Shown: in pieces, positions 27,043 to 41,910 of the stretch | Layout: each line of letters begins with the position of its first letter | Position numbering within the stretch: the first letter of the stretch is position 1 | Source of the DNA: Octopus sinensis | Taxonomy: Eukaryota | Reading direction: 5' to 3' | Length of the DNA: 64,000 nt | NCBI RefSeq assembly: GCF_006345805.1 | Contig: NC_043013.1 | Span: 45,880,001-45,944,000 of the forward strand | Program-made: the position numbers and the translations under genes | The notes under the pieces: model-generated | Seen by the model: the letters and a program-made list of their open reading frames with translations, nothing else | The model's database searches: none | Told to the model about the DNA's origin: nothing

Positions 27043-27990
27043 AAGAACAATGGAAAATAGAGACAGACCCCCCAAGATGTTATATCACCATCACCATATC
27101 ACTGACATATGTTTCGACAGATGCATTAAAATAAATCTTCAATAACTCAACTCTCCGTCCTTCCAGCTCTGATATCGTTATACTTAGCAAAAATAATCTT
27201 GATAAGTACATTCTTTCGTTAACGAAAATAATTAAACATAATTTATGATCTAATTCGTTCCAGGTTGTGGACTAGTTCAACTCTATCGATAATAAACTAA
27301 ACACTAACTTTATCCAGTTTGATATCTGTAGTTATTATCCCTCAATTAATCTCATTATCCTTAATAAAGCCCTATGGTTCACGCATAATAAATCTGGCCT
27401 CACTCGGGATGAAATTAATAGTTTTAACAACTGGAAAATCCATTATCAAATTTGATAATAAATTTTGGGTTCGTAAAGATAGACCTGACTTCTTTGATAT
27501 ACCTATAGGGTCCTCTGATTGGATGGTATTTATATTCTATCAGAAATGGCAGACCAATTCCCATATATCCTCGGTGGTTTATATCGCGACGACTGTCATT
27601 TTTACCTCCAAAATATCTCTAATCAGAAATTACAAAATGTTAAAAATAATCTTGTTAAATTCTTTAGTAATATGGGCCTAAGTACCACCTTCGATGATAG
27701 AGCAAAGGTTAATTTCCTTGACCTTACCCTCAACATATATTTCTCATACCCTAAACCTTTAACCAATCTAAAATACATTAGCATTTTTAGCAATCATACT
27801 ACTAATATAACAAAAATCAATGGTCAAATCTCTAAATTATCCGTCAATGTAAACGCTTTCAGTAAAAACACTGATTTCTATAATTCGGCCTTATATAAGG
27901 CAGGATATAAAGAACAAATTAAGTATTATAATCATCTTGATCCTGGTTCAACCTCTATTAATCTGGTAGATAGTAATTATGCTGCTGCTG

Positions 27991-28027
<37 letters not shown>

Positions 28028-29301
28028 AATAACGATAATAATAATAATAGTAATAATAATAAAAATAATAATAATAACAGCTGACACTGTAGTATTTCTC
28101 TAGCGTTACAAGCCATGCAAAAACAATGCTCATAATGTTCCTCCCGCAGACAATAATCCGGATAATACCCCCTTATATCGAAATAACCAAAATCCTTATT
28201 TTCGAAAATTTAAAAATAAACAAAGGGAAGTAACTATACTTCCCCAATGCTTTTCTGTAAAAATAATTTTTAAAAACGTCAGGATTTTTAAATAATAAAT
28301 CTCGCTATAAATCGTATAACCCTAGTAAAAATATTTGGCTTATTGTTCCATACGGAAAACAAGTTAAAAGTAAACTTCCCTACCTTTTTTTTCAAAGCAA
28401 CTTGCTTAAAAATTCCAGGTACCACTCCATTTTCAACATCCACCGTATCAGAAATGGCTTCTCCAACACGAATAACCTCCTACAGATTATATCCTCGCAT
28501 AACAACTATATTCTTAACGGTAAAAGGGTTTCACTTAATAATTGTAATAGCATTAATAATAATAACGATAATCTCTCCTTAAATAATAGTATCAATAGTA
28601 ATAGACCTTGTAATTGTGGTCCGAATAAAACTTGTATTCTCAACGGAAAATTACGTTTTTTACTAATGTAAAATTACCGCAGGGTCTAAAGAATTCTTTT
28701 ATATTGAAATTTCATCTACGGAATTAAAAAAAAGTATTGCAGATCACCTTTCTATATTTAAATACATTCATAAACGTAATTCTGCAGGTCTTAGTAAACT
28801 AATTTGGCATCTCAAATATTCTAATAAACAATTTTTTTGGACTGGAAAATTATATCAAGATCATTTCCTTATGATAAAGGGAAACCCTTCCGCCTTCTTT
28901 CAACGAACGAACAATTATTTATACTATTTTCCAAATATACACTGGTCAACACCTATAAAGAACGTGTTTATAGGTGTTTTGATTGAAAAAAACACACTTT
29001 CAGCTATTTCAAATAATATCTACCCCCTTACCTAATAATATCTCAAACTTAATCTTCATTCTTTCTTCCTATACCTCCTATTCTTTGCTTCATCTTTTCT
29101 ATTCACCTACCATTTACTCTCTATTTGTTTCTACCTTCATTTCTCCTTTAATTCTCTTTCTCTCTTCCTTCTCTTCTCTCGTCCTATGACGTCAAATTTC
29201 TTAGCTGTATTTTAAAAATTACTAGCGCTCCCTATCCAACTTTGTTTCCCATATATGTATATGTGTTTATATATGTATATACATGCATGTATATATGTAT
29301 A

Positions 29302-29385
<84 letters not shown>

Positions 29386-29490
29386 TGTGTGTGTGTGCGT
29401 GTGTGTGTGCGTGTGTGTGTGTGTATTATATATGTGTATTATATATGTGTATGTGCATGTATGAATTTATATGTATATATATGTATATGC

Positions 29491-29537
<47 letters not shown>

Positions 29538-30020
29538 CCTGCTCGCTTAGCCAGCGGGGTGGCGTCATTCGAAGGCTAAAACAATGCGAACGCATTGTGA
29601 CCAGCGATGTGTAGCAACATCTGATGGTCTGGTCGGTCACGTGATCACGGGATATATATATATATATCGTATATCATATATTGTACTTTCTTACATTTGT
29701 TAAAATGAATAATTGATGAACAGTGTTGTTTATATCCTCCCTGATAAACCTGGTGTATTGTTCTACATCATTCAACCTCCCAAATTTATATTAACGCATC
29801 TATCGAAACTTATGTCTGTGGTGACATGGTGATATAAATGATTTACATAACATCTTAGGCGTTTGTCTCCATTTTCCATTATTCTTATGTTCTATAAAAT
29901 ACGTCTCACCTCTCCCCGGAATTGACTCTCACACAAGTGTGATTACTAATTCCCAGGACGCTTATATGACATCTGGCTACCTTGTAACTATTCCCCTCGA
30001 TCTTGCCTTATAAATTGAAC
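27043..30020 (+). mobile_element. Penelope-like element relic: RT plus GIY-YIG, 3' pLTR with hammerhead motif, inverted pLTR piece at the 5' end
   Basis: RT motifs FIQFDICSYYPSI (27309), GLYRDD (27576), VNFLDLTLN, YIS..SNH; CNC..C and YIEISS..DHLS..LSKLIWHLK; 27043-27136 is the reverse complement of 29784-29888; CTGATAA...GAAACTTATGTC at 29741-29816. Confidence 0.88.
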
Positions 30021-30047
30021 ATTCATATATATATATTTAAATATATA

Positions 30048-30460
30048 TACTCTTTTACTCTTTTACTTGTTTCAGTCATTTGACTGTGGCCATGCTGGAG
30101 CACCGCCTTTAGTCGAGCAAATCGACCCCGGGACTTATTCTTTGTTAGCCCAGTACTTATTCTATCGGTCTCTTTTGCCGAACCGCTAAGTGACGGGGAC
30201 GTAAACACACCAGATTCGGTTGTCAAGCAATGCTAGGGGGACAAACACAGACACACAAATATACACACACACACACTTATATATATATATATACATATAT
30301 ACGACAGGCTTCTTTCAGTTTCCGTCTACCAAATCCACTCACAAGGCATTGGTCGGCCCGGGGCTATAGCAGAAGACACTTGCCCAAGATACCACGCAGT
30401 GGGACTGAACCCGGAACCATGTGGTTGGTTAGCAAGCTACTTACCACACAGCCACTCCTG
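30048..30460 (-). mobile_element. SINE family A
   Basis: Reverse complement of family A. Confidence 0.9.
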
Positions 30461-30482
30461 ATATATATATATATATATATAA

Positions 30483-30592
30483 CTTTCATCCTTTCGGGGT
30501 CGATAAAATAAGTATCAATTGAGAACTGGAGTTATTTAATCGACTTACTCCTTCCTCCGAAGTTGCTGGCCTTGTGCCAAAATTTTGAAACA
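30483..30592 (+). mobile_element. SINE family B 3' fragment (tail type 1)
   Basis: CTTTCATCCTTTCGGGGTCGATAAAATAAGTA..GCTGGCCTTGTGCCAAAA. Confidence 0.8.
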
Positions 30593-31247
30593 AATATAGA
30601 AAACATCTAGACGTCTGCTTACATATTTTGTTAGACAGTGTACCGCTTCACTGATTATCTGCGTGAATTAGAAATTAACCACGGAAATCTAATAGTTCTA
30701 TGGCTAATTAGTATGGATGCCAAATGGTCAAAGTTCTTCCTCTTCTACGAATTTCTTGCAACTAAATAGTTTAAAACTTCAAAACTCTCTTATCATCATA
30801 CTCAATTTTACATTAAACTCAAATCACGTAGTTGAAGTACATAATACTTGAGGAAGTTTCTGTGCAAGTTATCTGCAATCGACAAGGTTCTCATTGAAGA
30901 GTTTTATCTTTCGTCCACATAAGCCAGCATTAATTATCATACTCATGTGGATCCCTGATATCCACAACAATGAACCCAATCCCAGATGACAATGTCAGGC
31001 GTGTTATGTCGCAAGTGTCTGAACATGCCGTATTTCTAAATATGTTAGTGAATTCAGATTATGTTGCCGGAGGGGGAGTCTATTGTCAGATACGTATGTC
31101 GAAATGAGACATACGCATCTGTATCATTGTTACAAAGATATATCGTACCTTACAGAAATACGTATGACATTTCTCGATGACATTTCTATAACTTCCCTAT
31201 ACATGCAGCACAATGATTTTTACGCATAGATAATACATACACTCTAA

Positions 31248-31729
31248 CATACATACATACATACATACATACATACATACATACATACATACATACATAC
31301 ACACACATACACACATACATACATACATAAATACATACACACATGCATACACACACACACATACATACATACATACACACATACATAAATACATACACAC
31401 ATACATAAATACATACACACATACACATACACACATACATACATACATAAATACATACACACATGCATACACACACACACACATACATACATACATACAT
31501 ACATACATACATACATACATACATACATACATACATACATACATACACACACATACACACATACATACATACATACATAAATACATACACACATGCATAC
31601 ACACACACATACATACATACATAAATACATACACACATACATAAATACATACACACATACACATACACACATACATACATACATAAATACATACACACAC
31701 ATACATACATACATACATACATACATACA

Positions 31730-31761
<32 letters not shown>

Positions 31762-31774
31762 CACACACACACAC
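31248..31774. repeat. (CATA)n microsatellite with higher-order internal duplication
   Basis: Direct inspection; similar tracts at 35650-35785 and 41108-41511. Confidence 0.95.
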
Positions 31775-32731
31775 GTGTATGCATATGCAGGCGTATGATA
31801 AATATTAAACGAATATTAACTTTGTTATTTGGAAATATCTAGCGTATATCAAACGATACCATGTTTATCTGTAAGTTTTGATATACAATCCTTGATAAAC
31901 GACAAACACAAAGACAAAACCTAGAATTTACTTTTGAATGTTTTGATATAGAAATAAAAACTAATTATGAACTAGCTACCTGCAAATAAAAAGTTAGTTT
32001 TTATCACGTATTAATATATGTAATTTATTTAATATCATTTCTTAATCTCTTGTTCTAGTTGAGGTTTCCGAATCTACAAGGTATATCAATATATTATAAA
32101 TTTACGAATTTGAAAAGAGAATAACTCACAACTGTTGCTTTGTGTGGCAATAGACTCGGTGTCAGGAAGATAAAAATTCAGTTAATTACATCTATTGGTA
32201 CTGTTCAGAAAACTTCATCTTAATTCGGTCAGACAGGTGGATACTAATTATTTAAAATTAATTCTAAGCCATTTTTTACCTATGGACTCTTTGATTCCTA
32301 TTTTACACGGTTGGACCCCCAAAACCATTTCATGTTTAAAAAAAAAAACACCCATTATGTTTTTATAACTAAATATTATTAGGAACTGTATTAAAAAAAT
32401 TGTCAAAATATTCTGTGTAGAAGTATAACTAATTTATTCCACATTAATTTTGACTTCAAACTCTTATATGGACCCCCTAAGGTTCATATGGATTCCGGTT
32501 GAGAAAAATTGATTAAGAAGATCAAGCCAACCTCTTGGAACTAATCGTATGATTACTCATCTTTGAGTTGCATCATCATTTGCTCCTAGCTCCGTCTTAC
32601 AAACACAGTTGGCAGAATTTTACAGATGCTGGCAACCTATCTTCTAAGATGGCTGCATCTCAAGTCTCAAATAAAATTTCAAATTGTGAAATGTTATTTC
32701 ATCACATACACATGTGTGTTTGTGTGTGTGC

Positions 32732-32786
<55 letters not shown>

Positions 32787-33477
32787 AAATATCTTGCAAA
32801 TATCTAGTAGCTGATTAGCTCTCTTTTTTTTATCTTTACATTAGAAATATTCTAAATTTCGGCAATGACCGTATGTTCATGATAATAAAAATAATTAGAC
32901 ATGCATTATAAATATGCATTAGACAAATTCATTTTAATATATGTATGTATTTGTGGACGTGTGTTTGGTGTGCGTGTGTGTGTGTAAGTTTAATCTTGAC
33001 AACCACAAGTGCGTAAATACTTCATGTAGTACCTAGTGAGGAGAAGGAGCGGGAGGAGGAGGAGGATGACAATTAGGAGAAGGATGAGATCGAAGATAAT
33101 AAAGTGTATATATTAACTCATCATGAAGCTAAGTATACATACATATATATGTGTGTGTGCGCGTTTGTGTGTGTGTATGTATGCATATATATGTATGTGA
33201 ATATATATATGCATACACATATATATACATATATATGTATAGTATCCACATATTTTTTATACACATTTCATGACGTCCTGTGCCCACACATGCACATTTA
33301 TATATACGTATAGATGTATGTACATATACGTATGTATATATGCATATATATATATTATTTTTATATTATTATATATGTATACACATATATATGCATTTAT
33401 TATGCAAAACTGTATATGCATGTGAATATATACATACACACACACACACACACCACACACACACACACTATATATAT

Positions 33478-33527
<50 letters not shown>

Positions 33528-33559
33528 ATATTATATACATATATATATATATACAATAT

Positions 33560-33941
<382 letters not shown>

Positions 33942-35021
33942 GTGATTAAACGAATCGGAACACCTACTGATGACTGAATATGTGCACTAAGAGGCATATA
34001 ATTAGCTATTATACTTGAATAAATAACTAAATATATGTGCGCACGTGAGAGAGAGGGAGAGAGAGAGAGAGAAAGAGTGAAGGAAAAAAAGAGAAACTGA
34101 AGGGTAGAGGGAGAGAGAACTAACTAAATAACCAGTTTCTTTCAAACTTCTGCTTAATTAAGTGTCCTTCCTTTACTATAGAATTTTCACCTTTTAGTTG
34201 CCAAATCTCCAATTTTGGTTTCAGATCCATTTCTTCTAAAGGATTTATTTACAGAGGCTGATGCATATATTTGGCTGCTGATGTATACATCTGTATTGGT
34301 AACCAGTACTCTTGTGTAACCGGACTGGTCTTACGGACTTTTGCTGGACATCAGTTTAATCCTGCTAATCGAACAGCTAATGATCTTAGAAGTCGTTTGA
34401 GACACTTTGCGGTCTCCACTGTAAGATTTGAGGACGTTGGATGTTGACGTAATAAGTGATTATTTACAAAGATCTCAATGAAGTAGTGGTAACCATTTTT
34501 TTAACACTACCAAGATGAAGGGTAAAATTCACAAGAGCTGAGATTGAACTCACAACGTAGATGACCGATGCAAATACGTATAATCCTCTACCATTTGTAT
34601 CAATCTGCCATGTATATGTATACAAACATATACATGCGTGTATGAGTATATATATATATATATATGGTTGTATTTCGGGACGGTTATTTTCTTTTTGCCA
34701 AATAAACACACGCACTGTACATTCGTACTTCACTCGTTTATTACTGTTCTTATTCTAACTCAAGACCATGGTCCGGAAATTTTTCGTCACACATCTGTGA
34801 CCTCCTCAGCGACACTTTCCGTCTTTGTGTGTGCTCCTACTTTCCTTATTCCATTCTCAGAGAATGGAATAAGCAGAGTACACATCTTTGTACTATGCTG
34901 TACTTCACTTATTTTCTTGAGTTTGCTCTTACCCCAGTCCTTATTCTTATTATTATTCTACTCTATTTAAAAGGATAAATTTAGAAGGATAAACACACCT
35001 TAGCTATTCTTAACTCACTTT

Positions 35022-35610
35022 TATATGTGTTAGCCCCACCAGCATCACCACCCCTTAGACCCTCCGAAGAAGCCTAGGGGCACATTCATTATCCAAGTCT
35101 TGTCTGCTCATCCCTGCATAACACTGAAGAAATGCAGATTACCTGGAAGATTTCGTTGCCTTTTGGCAGAAACGGCCGTAAGGAATTAGCACCTGTACAC
35201 CCATTTAGTTTGTTTTTTTTTGCCAATTTGCTCACTTGTTTCTATGTATGCGCACCCTTGTTTATGCAGTTACCAGATTTTTCCACTCGCTAATCTGTAC
35301 CACTCATACATGTGTGTGTATTCATCCAATACATTTGAATAAATAGATATACTGGAATGTTTACTGGCCGATGTCTGTCCTCATATATCCTTTCCATTTT
35401 ATATCCTCTCCGTTTTTATATCCTCTCCGTTTTATTTGCCGTATAAATCAAGGATAAACAACTTGTTACCCCCCGCCCATATAGAAAACCCAATTGTGAG
35501 ATTGCCATTCAATAACTAGCACTTGCGTATGAATAATTGGGTACACTACTACCAGCAGTATATAAGGTATAGGTACTATCCCTTAGTTGGTTTCTCAACC
35601 TCTAACTCAT
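35022..35610 (+). mobile_element. Non-coding repeat with hammerhead-like motif, copy 2
   Basis: Colinear with 24400-24890. Confidence 0.6.
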
Positions 35611-35618
35611 GCAGAAAT

Positions 35619-35649
<31 letters not shown>

Positions 35650-35655
35650 CATACA

Positions 35656-35689
<34 letters not shown>

Positions 35690-35710
35690 CATACATACTA
35701 CATACATACA

Positions 35711-35744
<34 letters not shown>

Positions 35745-36283
35745 CATACATACATAGATATATATATACATACATACATACATATCGTTGCTACTATGTT
35801 AGACTGCCGTATGTCTAAATTTGGCTAAATGCGTTTTTTTTTCTTCTTCAGTATTTAATTTTGCTTGAAATAACCGGTTTTTTTGATCAAACTATCGTAT
35901 CTCCAGCTGCTTCATATGCCAGGATATAAAAATTGTAAAAGTATAGTGCAACGGTTTAGTATTTTTCAAAAGTGTAGTAAGTCCCACAAACGACAGTTTT
36001 GCAAAAATATTTCTGACTGAAAATATCATACATGCATGGAGCGACGAATTTATGCACCCAACAAAGTATTATTGTACTTTTTGGATATGTTAACAATAAG
36101 GTGAACAATGTAAAAAAGAAACAGAATGGTGCAACTATTTTTTCGTTTTCCGAAAAAGCAACGTTTTGGACTAACGACATTTTTGCATATGTTTGTATGT
36201 ATGCATGTATGTATGTATGTATGTATGTATGTATGTATGCATATATATGTGTATGTATATAGGTATATAAATATGTGTGTATG

Positions 36284-36329
<46 letters not shown>

Positions 36330-36798
36330 TATATTTGCATATGCTTGTATATATATTATTGTTATATCTGATTATTTGCATTCGTGTCTATACACACACA
36401 CATATATATATATATATACACACATTCATACATACATATACGTACATGTCCTTGTTTTCGTATACATTTGCTGCTTTCTTCCAAGGAATCCAATGCTCTT
36501 AGCTTAGTATTCCCTTGGGGCTGGCCAGATTGGAGCAATCTCGAGTATAACCAGCCGAAATTGCAAAGATAATCTAGAAATCGACTGAGGAAAGAAAACT
36601 CCGAATGACCCGTCTTTGTTTTTTCTTGTCCCTTTTTTGTATCATCTAACTATCTGGATGTTTTGCGTTCTTGTCCCATTTTTTGTATTTCTTTTTACAC
36701 ACACACATACACACACACACACACAAACACATATATATATATATGTATATGTATATATACATATGTATATATGTATATATACATACATATATATATAT

Positions 36799-36829
<31 letters not shown>

Positions 36830-37019
36830 GTAAATATATATATATATATATATATACATGTGCATACATATATATACATATATATGTATAAATATATATA
36901 TATGCACATATATATATACATATATACACACACATGTATATATATGTACATACATGTACATACATATATATACATATATATGTATAAATATATATATGCA
37001 CATATATATACGTATATAT

Positions 37020-37051
<32 letters not shown>

Positions 37052-37355
37052 GTATCTATATTTATTTATTTATTTATATACTGATGTATACTCACTGAAA
37101 TATATAGAAGTAAAGGAGAGTGTAGATGCCTAGCTATACAATTAGGCGGCTAATTACGTTTCATATCTATTTTTCATAGTCACACCAATTAACCTCTTTG
37201 TTAGTTGTTACTTAGGCGTCAGAATATTAAATTAATATATTCTCTTCTCTCTCTCTCTTTCTTTCGTCTGTTTTCCCCTACCTCATTTCCCCTCCATTTC
37301 TCCTTCATATGTGCATGTATTCAGTCATAAACGAAAACTATATAGATAGATAGAC

Positions 37356-37413
<58 letters not shown>

Positions 37414-37434
37414 TAGAGATAGATAGATAGATAA

Positions 37435-37555
37435 GTTTCTTTATTGGCCACACAGGGCTGCACACAGATGGACAAGTTACAAGGTAGAGCTTTTCTTTTG
37501 GGGGATGAAGAGAACAAAAAACAAAAGAAAAAAAAGGGGGTGGCGTAGGTTTTCG
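37435..37555 (-). mobile_element. Retroposon 3' end in (GATA)n, related to SINE B tail type 2
   Basis: Minus strand TTGTCCATCTGTGTGCAGCCCTGTGTGGCCAATAAAGAAA resembles TTGTCCCCTCTATGTTTAGCCCCTTGTGGGCAATAAAGAAA. Confidence 0.55.
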
Positions 37556-37649
37556 ATAGATAGATAGAAGATAGATAGATAGATAGATAGATAGAGATAT
37601 ATAGATAGATAGATAGATAGATAGATAGATGATAGATAGACACAAATGT

Positions 37650-37683
<34 letters not shown>

Positions 37684-37695
37684 ATATATAATATA

Positions 37696-37728
<33 letters not shown>

Positions 37729-38280
37729 CAGTTGCAAGCAACAGAAGCAGTATTATATAAAAGCAGCCATGCATATATCATGCTCGATTGTAAATACATG
37801 TGATGGGCAAATTAACTGTGGTATTTGTCCGGAGATAATGTATTATATAAAAACGCAATGTGTATACATCGAAGGGAGGCGGAACTGGTTCTAGCTGCAG
37901 CGAGTGAGAACACTAGATGCACTTCTGCCTCAATGAGAGTTATCGATATTCTGTACTCATAAGCGGCAAGCTGAGATGAAATTCGTCACCATGGCCTGCT
38001 CGATTAGGGCTGAACTGAGGCCAAACGGTAAAGAGTTTGTCTATCGTTTGCCGTTTTATAGTATCATATTATTATTATTCTGTTTCTGTATATAGGCGTA
38101 GGAATGTCGGTGCTCTTAATGTGTTCGATTCCCAAAGTTACATTGTTTCGGGTTCGGTGCCTCTGCGTAGCACCTTGAGAAACTGTCTTCTACTATAGCC
38201 TTGGAGAAGTCAAAGCGTGTTGAGTGACATTTGATTAACGAAAACTGTGTGGAACTATATATATATATATATATATATAT

Positions 38281-38490
38281 AACGGGAAGGTTTACGAACA
38301 TAAACAAAAGACGAAGGCAGGTGGAGTACAAACAAACAATTGTATTAGTATGGCGCTCAGGAATAGAAATAGAACAAGTCTTTCACGTTTCGAGCCTACG
38401 CTCATCGACAGAGAGATACGCAGAAAAAAAAACAAGGAGAGAAACAAGGAGAGAAAAAAATGCGTGTAGGAGCTAACGATCTATCATATA
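38281..38490 (-). mobile_element. Short repeat with variant hammerhead motif, related to 13232-13480
   Basis: Minus strand CTGTCGA-T-GAGC-GTAG-GCTC-GAAACGT at ~38385-38411; shares GTATTA..CGCTCAGGAA with the 13290 region. Confidence 0.6.
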
Positions 38491-38500
38491 TGTATATATA

Positions 38501-38795
38501 TATATGGAAAAAAAGGTCAAAGTAGAAAACGCTAAAATAATTTTATAAAAAACATTTCAGTACCGGTTTCAGTCATTGAGACTTTTTCAAATGTAAGTAT
38601 GGAAAACAATTAAATTTTGGAAAAATTAAAAGAAAAGTTTTCAAGAGAATATTTGCATAGTGTTCAAATACAAGTGGCGTTTTCCTTGTTTCTGCCTGTT
38701 TCTGTCTTTTTTGTTTACTCTTGTGGGTTCGACCTCGAAATGCTTTTTTATAAAATTATTTTAGCATTTTCTACCTTGACTTTTCTTCCATATAT
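38501..38795. mobile_element. Foldback element with hammerhead-like motif
   Basis: 38501-38558 inverted versus 38737-38795; minus strand TTGAAAA-AGTC-TCAAT-GACT-GAAACCGGTA at 38561-38590. Confidence 0.65.
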
Positions 38796-38823
38796 ATCAA
38801 CTTGTGTGTTCCTTTTCAACCTT

Positions 38824-38860
<37 letters not shown>

Positions 38861-38892
38861 TGTGTGTGTGTGTGTGTGGTGTGTGTGTGTGT

Positions 38893-38924
<32 letters not shown>

Positions 38925-38943
38925 CTGTGTGTGTGTGTGTGTA

Positions 38944-39042
38944 TACAAGAGTTAAGGAACGGAGTAGATAAGATCCGGGTTACGTATGTCTCATAGCGAG
39001 CGGAAATCTGGATCTTATCTACTTCTTTCCATTACGCTTGTA
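38944..39042. mobile_element. 99-bp hairpin MITE with TA ends; related left end at 12365-12425
   Basis: ~35-bp imperfect TIR TACAAGAGTTAAGGAACGGAGTAGATAAGATCC / GGATCTTATCTACTTCTTTCCATTACGCTTGTA. Confidence 0.7.
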
Positions 39043-39242
39043 TTCTTATTCGCACAGCCGAAAACCTGGTCGCCTACCGTGAAATATAAAAAGAATTCTT
39101 TTCAGTTTATCGTACTTCGATACGAAGAAAATCCACAACCTTCCGTCTCGATAAACGTATCATCTGTCTAGATGTTTTGTACTCTTGTCCCATATTTTGT
39201 ATTCCTTCTTACACACACACACACACACATACACACACACAC

Positions 39243-39287
<45 letters not shown>

Positions 39288-40095
39288 AATGAAAGAATGG
39301 AGTTGAACAACGATTTAACAAAATTCCTTTATTCTCGACATATGTTTCGAAGACTGCATATTCCTAATTTCGAAGGAATAAGGGGTGCATATACACACAT
39401 ACATACATATGTCTCTCTATATATACATGTACGAAAGTTTTTTTTATATATTTACCACAATTGCTTGAAGCTAACTTTCTTCTTACACCTCGATCTCTGG
39501 ATCTTATATATATATATACACGTATACATGTGTATATGGGAGAGCCTTTCTTTTGGTTTGTTTTAATTATTTGGTTTCTTCCAACAATGGTACTGGTTTC
39601 TAAGAAAAAAGCAAAGCTTCGTTGCTGGACTCTCAATAACCACGACGGTAATTGTTGGAATTTAGAAAACTTTCGCATACTATAATTGTTCCACTTGCAG
39701 ATCGTGTTTGTTGAGCATATTAGCTGGTCTTTTCCTTGATATAAGCAGGTGCATCAATGATTATTGCTATAAATGTATGCAAGAATGCATGTATGTATGC
39801 ACGCATATGTTTGTTCTTGTGTATGTATGAATATATGTACGTATACATGTATGTATGTATCTATGTATATATCTATATGTTCTTGTGTTTGTTCTTGTGT
39901 ATGTATGAATATATGTACGTATACATGTATGTATGTATCTATGTATATATCTATATGTGCGACTACGTCCGTATTTATATTTGTATCTACATATATATTT
40001 CTGTGTGTGTGTGCGCGTGCGCATATATATATGTATGAATATATACATACACACATATATATCCATACATAAACACACACACACACACACACACG

Positions 40096-40158
<63 letters not shown>

Positions 40159-40844
40159 ACATATATACATATGTATATATGTATATATATATACCATATA
40201 TATATACATATATATATATATATACATATTGTGTGTGTTTGTGTGTGTGTATGTGTGTCTGTCTGTGTGCAGTGTGCTTAAGTCGGTTTCAAATTAATAT
40301 CTTTGTTTACGTCCTGCAACTTAGCGGTTTGACAATAGACATAGATCAAATACGCACCAGCTTTGAAAAATAAATATCTCTTTTTTTTTCTCTTCGTGTG
40401 TCCCATTTACCATCGTAATTACCTCATATAATCTCCCAATGTCCAATACTATGTCCAAGAAAATTTACTAAGGCTTTCACATATTTTTGAGAAATATTTT
40501 CAACAAAAACGGGTATAAGAAATGTTGTGGTCAAATCTTTACGTGATTGCAAGTTTTGGAAATGTAAAGCAACATTTAAATATATTCTAAGCCACGCAGT
40601 CTTAGAATGTATTGCTAAGAGTTGCCAACCCCATGGGAATAGATCTACACAATTCCAGTGGTATGACTGTCTTTGTTAAAGATATATTCAACAGTCGGGG
40701 GTCCATCAATTTCTGCAAAGGCTGAATATGTTGTATATCGTGATGTTTCTATGGGAAACAATTGTTTGCTTTCTGCAATGCTGTGCGCCTCAGCCGACAT
40801 TCTTCAGAAAAGAGGATTTGGAATATTTCATTCCTGTTGTCGTT

Positions 40845-40888
40845 GTATTATTATTATTGTTATTATTATATTATTATTATTATTATTA

Positions 40889-40922
<34 letters not shown>

Positions 40923-40959
40923 TTATTATTATTATTATCATTATTATTATTATTATTAC

Positions 40960-41049
<90 letters not shown>

Positions 41050-41057
41050 CATTATTA
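40845..41057. repeat. (ATT)n microsatellite
   Basis: Direct inspection; also 44240-44311. Confidence 0.97.
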
Positions 41058-41610
41058 AGGCGGCGATCTGGCAAAATCGTTATAGTGCCGGCAAAAGCCT
41101 TATCTGCATGCATACATACATACATACATACATACGTACCTACATATACATTCATACATTCATACATACATACATACCTACATACATACATACCACCTAC
41201 ATACATACATACATACATTCATACATACATCACATACATACATTCATCTACATACATACATTCATACATACATACATACATACATACATCATACATACAT
41301 ACATACATACATTCATACATACATACATACATACATACATACTACATTCATACATACTACATACATACTTCATACATACATACATACATACATACATACA
41401 TACATACATACTACATACATACATCTACATACATACATACATACATACATACATACATACATACATACTACATACATACATACATACATACATACATACA
41501 TACATACATACAAAAGTAAGTAACAGTCACTATTATATGGGAGGGTCTTCGTGTTTTTAATCATTTACATTTTTAATTATTTGAACCTCCTGCATTTTTC
41601 TTGTTCTTAA

Positions 41611-41910
41611 AAACGATAAAGGTCACCCTTTTCAAGCCTAGCCAGGCTCACGGGCCCGGTTTACCGGTTTCTGTGCTGTATGTGTTCCCCCCCCCCCAGT
41701 TGGACTGGACGCCAGTCCATCGCAGCGTAACTCAATAAACAGGAAGAGAGTAAGAGAAAGTTCTGGCGAAAGAGTACAACAGGGGTCACCACCACCCTCT
41801 GTTGGTGTCTCATGGAGCTTTTAGGTGTTTTCACTCAATAAACACACAACGCCCGGTCTGGGAATCGAAACCGCGAGCCCGCTGCCCTAACTAGGCCATT
41901 GCGCTTCCAC
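41611..41910 (-). mobile_element. tRNA-derived SINE, family C head with alternative 3' part
   Basis: Head matches 58322-58510; 3' part CTGCGATGGACTGGCGTCCAGTCC; 14-bp TSD TTTCTTGTTCTTAA at 41597 and 41911. Confidence 0.85.

Noticed and set aside
31087-31121. 14-bp-arm hairpin CAGATACGTATGTC/GACATACGCATCTG
   Set aside because: Too short and isolated to assign a function; bacterial-style terminators are not relevant here.
33960-33995. CTGATGA as a hammerhead core
   Set aside because: No downstream GAAA or stem pairing.
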